Positions 56,538 to 57,294 of a stretch of DNA of 57,294 nucleotides are shown here, piece by piece. The DNA is taken from positions 1 to 57,294 of IMG/VR virus record IMGVR_UViG_3300025875_000027; one strand, written 5' to 3'. Position 1 is the stretch's first letter. The number at the start of each line of letters is the position of its first letter. Under the pieces are notes generated by a model. It worked only from the letters and a program-made list of their open reading frames with translations. It did not search any database and was not told where the DNA came from. Source of the stretch: a virus. Lineage: Duplodnaviria > Caudoviricetes. The position numbers and the translations under genes are program-made.

Positions 56538-56580
56538 TGCTGCGACTCCTGTCGCTCAGTGCCTCGGCGGAATGCTCTGG

Positions 56581-56626
56581 CGTCGTGCCCGCCGGGGACT
56601 CGAACCCCGGTGCCTGCCTGTCGGGC
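56581..56626 (-). ncRNA. mini-tRNA-like structured element E1
   Basis: GCCCG-N11-CCGGGG-UUCGAGU-CCCCGG-CGGGC-ACGACG; canonical T-loop. Confidence 0.6.
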
Positions 56627-56634
56627 GGCCGTGC

Positions 56635-57018
56635 TCAGGCGTCGGGGTGCTCGCCACCGAGTCGGCCGTAGGCGACCCAGCCACACACGTCGGTCATGGT
56701 GCCCTCGGCGTCGCTGGTCACGGGATAGTCCTCTGAACAGACGGTGGCGGTGAGGCTCACCGTGGGGGCGCCGGTGGCGAGCCTCTCGCACAGCTCGGGC
56801 GTCCCGCAGATCTGGTGACCCCGTGCACACGTGGCCACGGCGAGACACTTCTGGCACGTCACCGCCTCGCTAGTGGCCCACACGTCGGACTCGGGGCGGC
56901 GATACCCGCACGGCGTCATGACTCGCACGGTGGCACCGATGCGCTCAATGAGGTGCACCACACCACCACCGCGAAGCGTGGCGTGCTCGTGGAGCGTGTA
57001 GAGGCGGGGGCTGGACAT
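56635..57018 (-). CDS. Cys/His-rich hypothetical protein
   Basis: VVHL..TPCG..VTCQKC; SD. Confidence 0.65.
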   Translation of the reverse strand: MSSPRLYTLHEHATLRGGGVVHLIERIGATVRVMTPCGYRRPESDVWATSEAVTCQKCLAVATCARGHQICGTPELCERLATGAPTVSLTATVCSEDYPVTSDAEGTMTDVCGWVAYGRLGGEHPDA

Positions 57019-57294
57019 GGGGGGCGACTCCTGCCGCTCGGGGGCCTAGCTCCTGCTCGGCCCGACACCCAAAGCATCGGCGCATCGGCACCTGAAAGCA
57101 AGCCGAAACGGGCAACTTGCAGCTCAGCACGGCGTTTCGCAGCTAGAGCTCACCTGGAGCTCACCGCCCCTCTCTGCCGCTGTGCGCCTCGCTCTGCCCC
57201 ATCCCGCCACTCGGCTACCCCCTCGCCCTGGACGGGCGGCAGGCGACGGCTGGCGGGGCGGGGGGCCCCCCTTGCGTCGTTCGCCGAGCCGCAC

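Noticed and set aside
56581-56612. tRNA gene or tRNA-derived attP (GGTTCGAGTCC)
   Set aside because: No D or anticodon arm and no integrase in the genome. A covarying sibling at 55853 indicates a repeated structural element instead.
54130-56626. CRISPR array or hammerhead ribozymes among the right-end repeats
   Set aside because: The repeats are separated by whole genes, and the hammerhead core CUGANGA...GAAA is not present.

Overview
The window looks like an essentially complete, high-GC, siphovirus-type actinobacteriophage genome. Left to right it holds: a putative origin; a Prim-Pol/D5-helicase and a MerR-type HTH gene (minus strand); a rightward block with a Mom-like DNA-modifying enzyme, a DinG-like helicase and TerS/TerL; head, tail and lysis genes; and a leftward right arm (EndoVII, SSB-like, PD-(D/E)XK exonuclease, SMC-like ATPase, HNH, many small early genes). 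I found no integrase, DNA polymerase, complete tRNA or CRISPR array. Four oddities stand out. (1) TerL has a 15-nt, stop-containing insert (TAG CTG CGC ACA TGA) in the middle of its Walker A motif KGW|GKDP, a candidate translational bypass site, and a truncated HNH gene lies just upstream. (2) Five covarying mini-tRNA-like intergenic elements separate the earliest genes. (3) Fourteen Shine-Dalgarno sequences sit in C-AGGA-G hairpin loops with covarying stems. (4) Two small membrane-protein ORFs are nested out of frame inside the primase-helicase linker. All product calls come from motifs and synteny read by eye; no searches were run.
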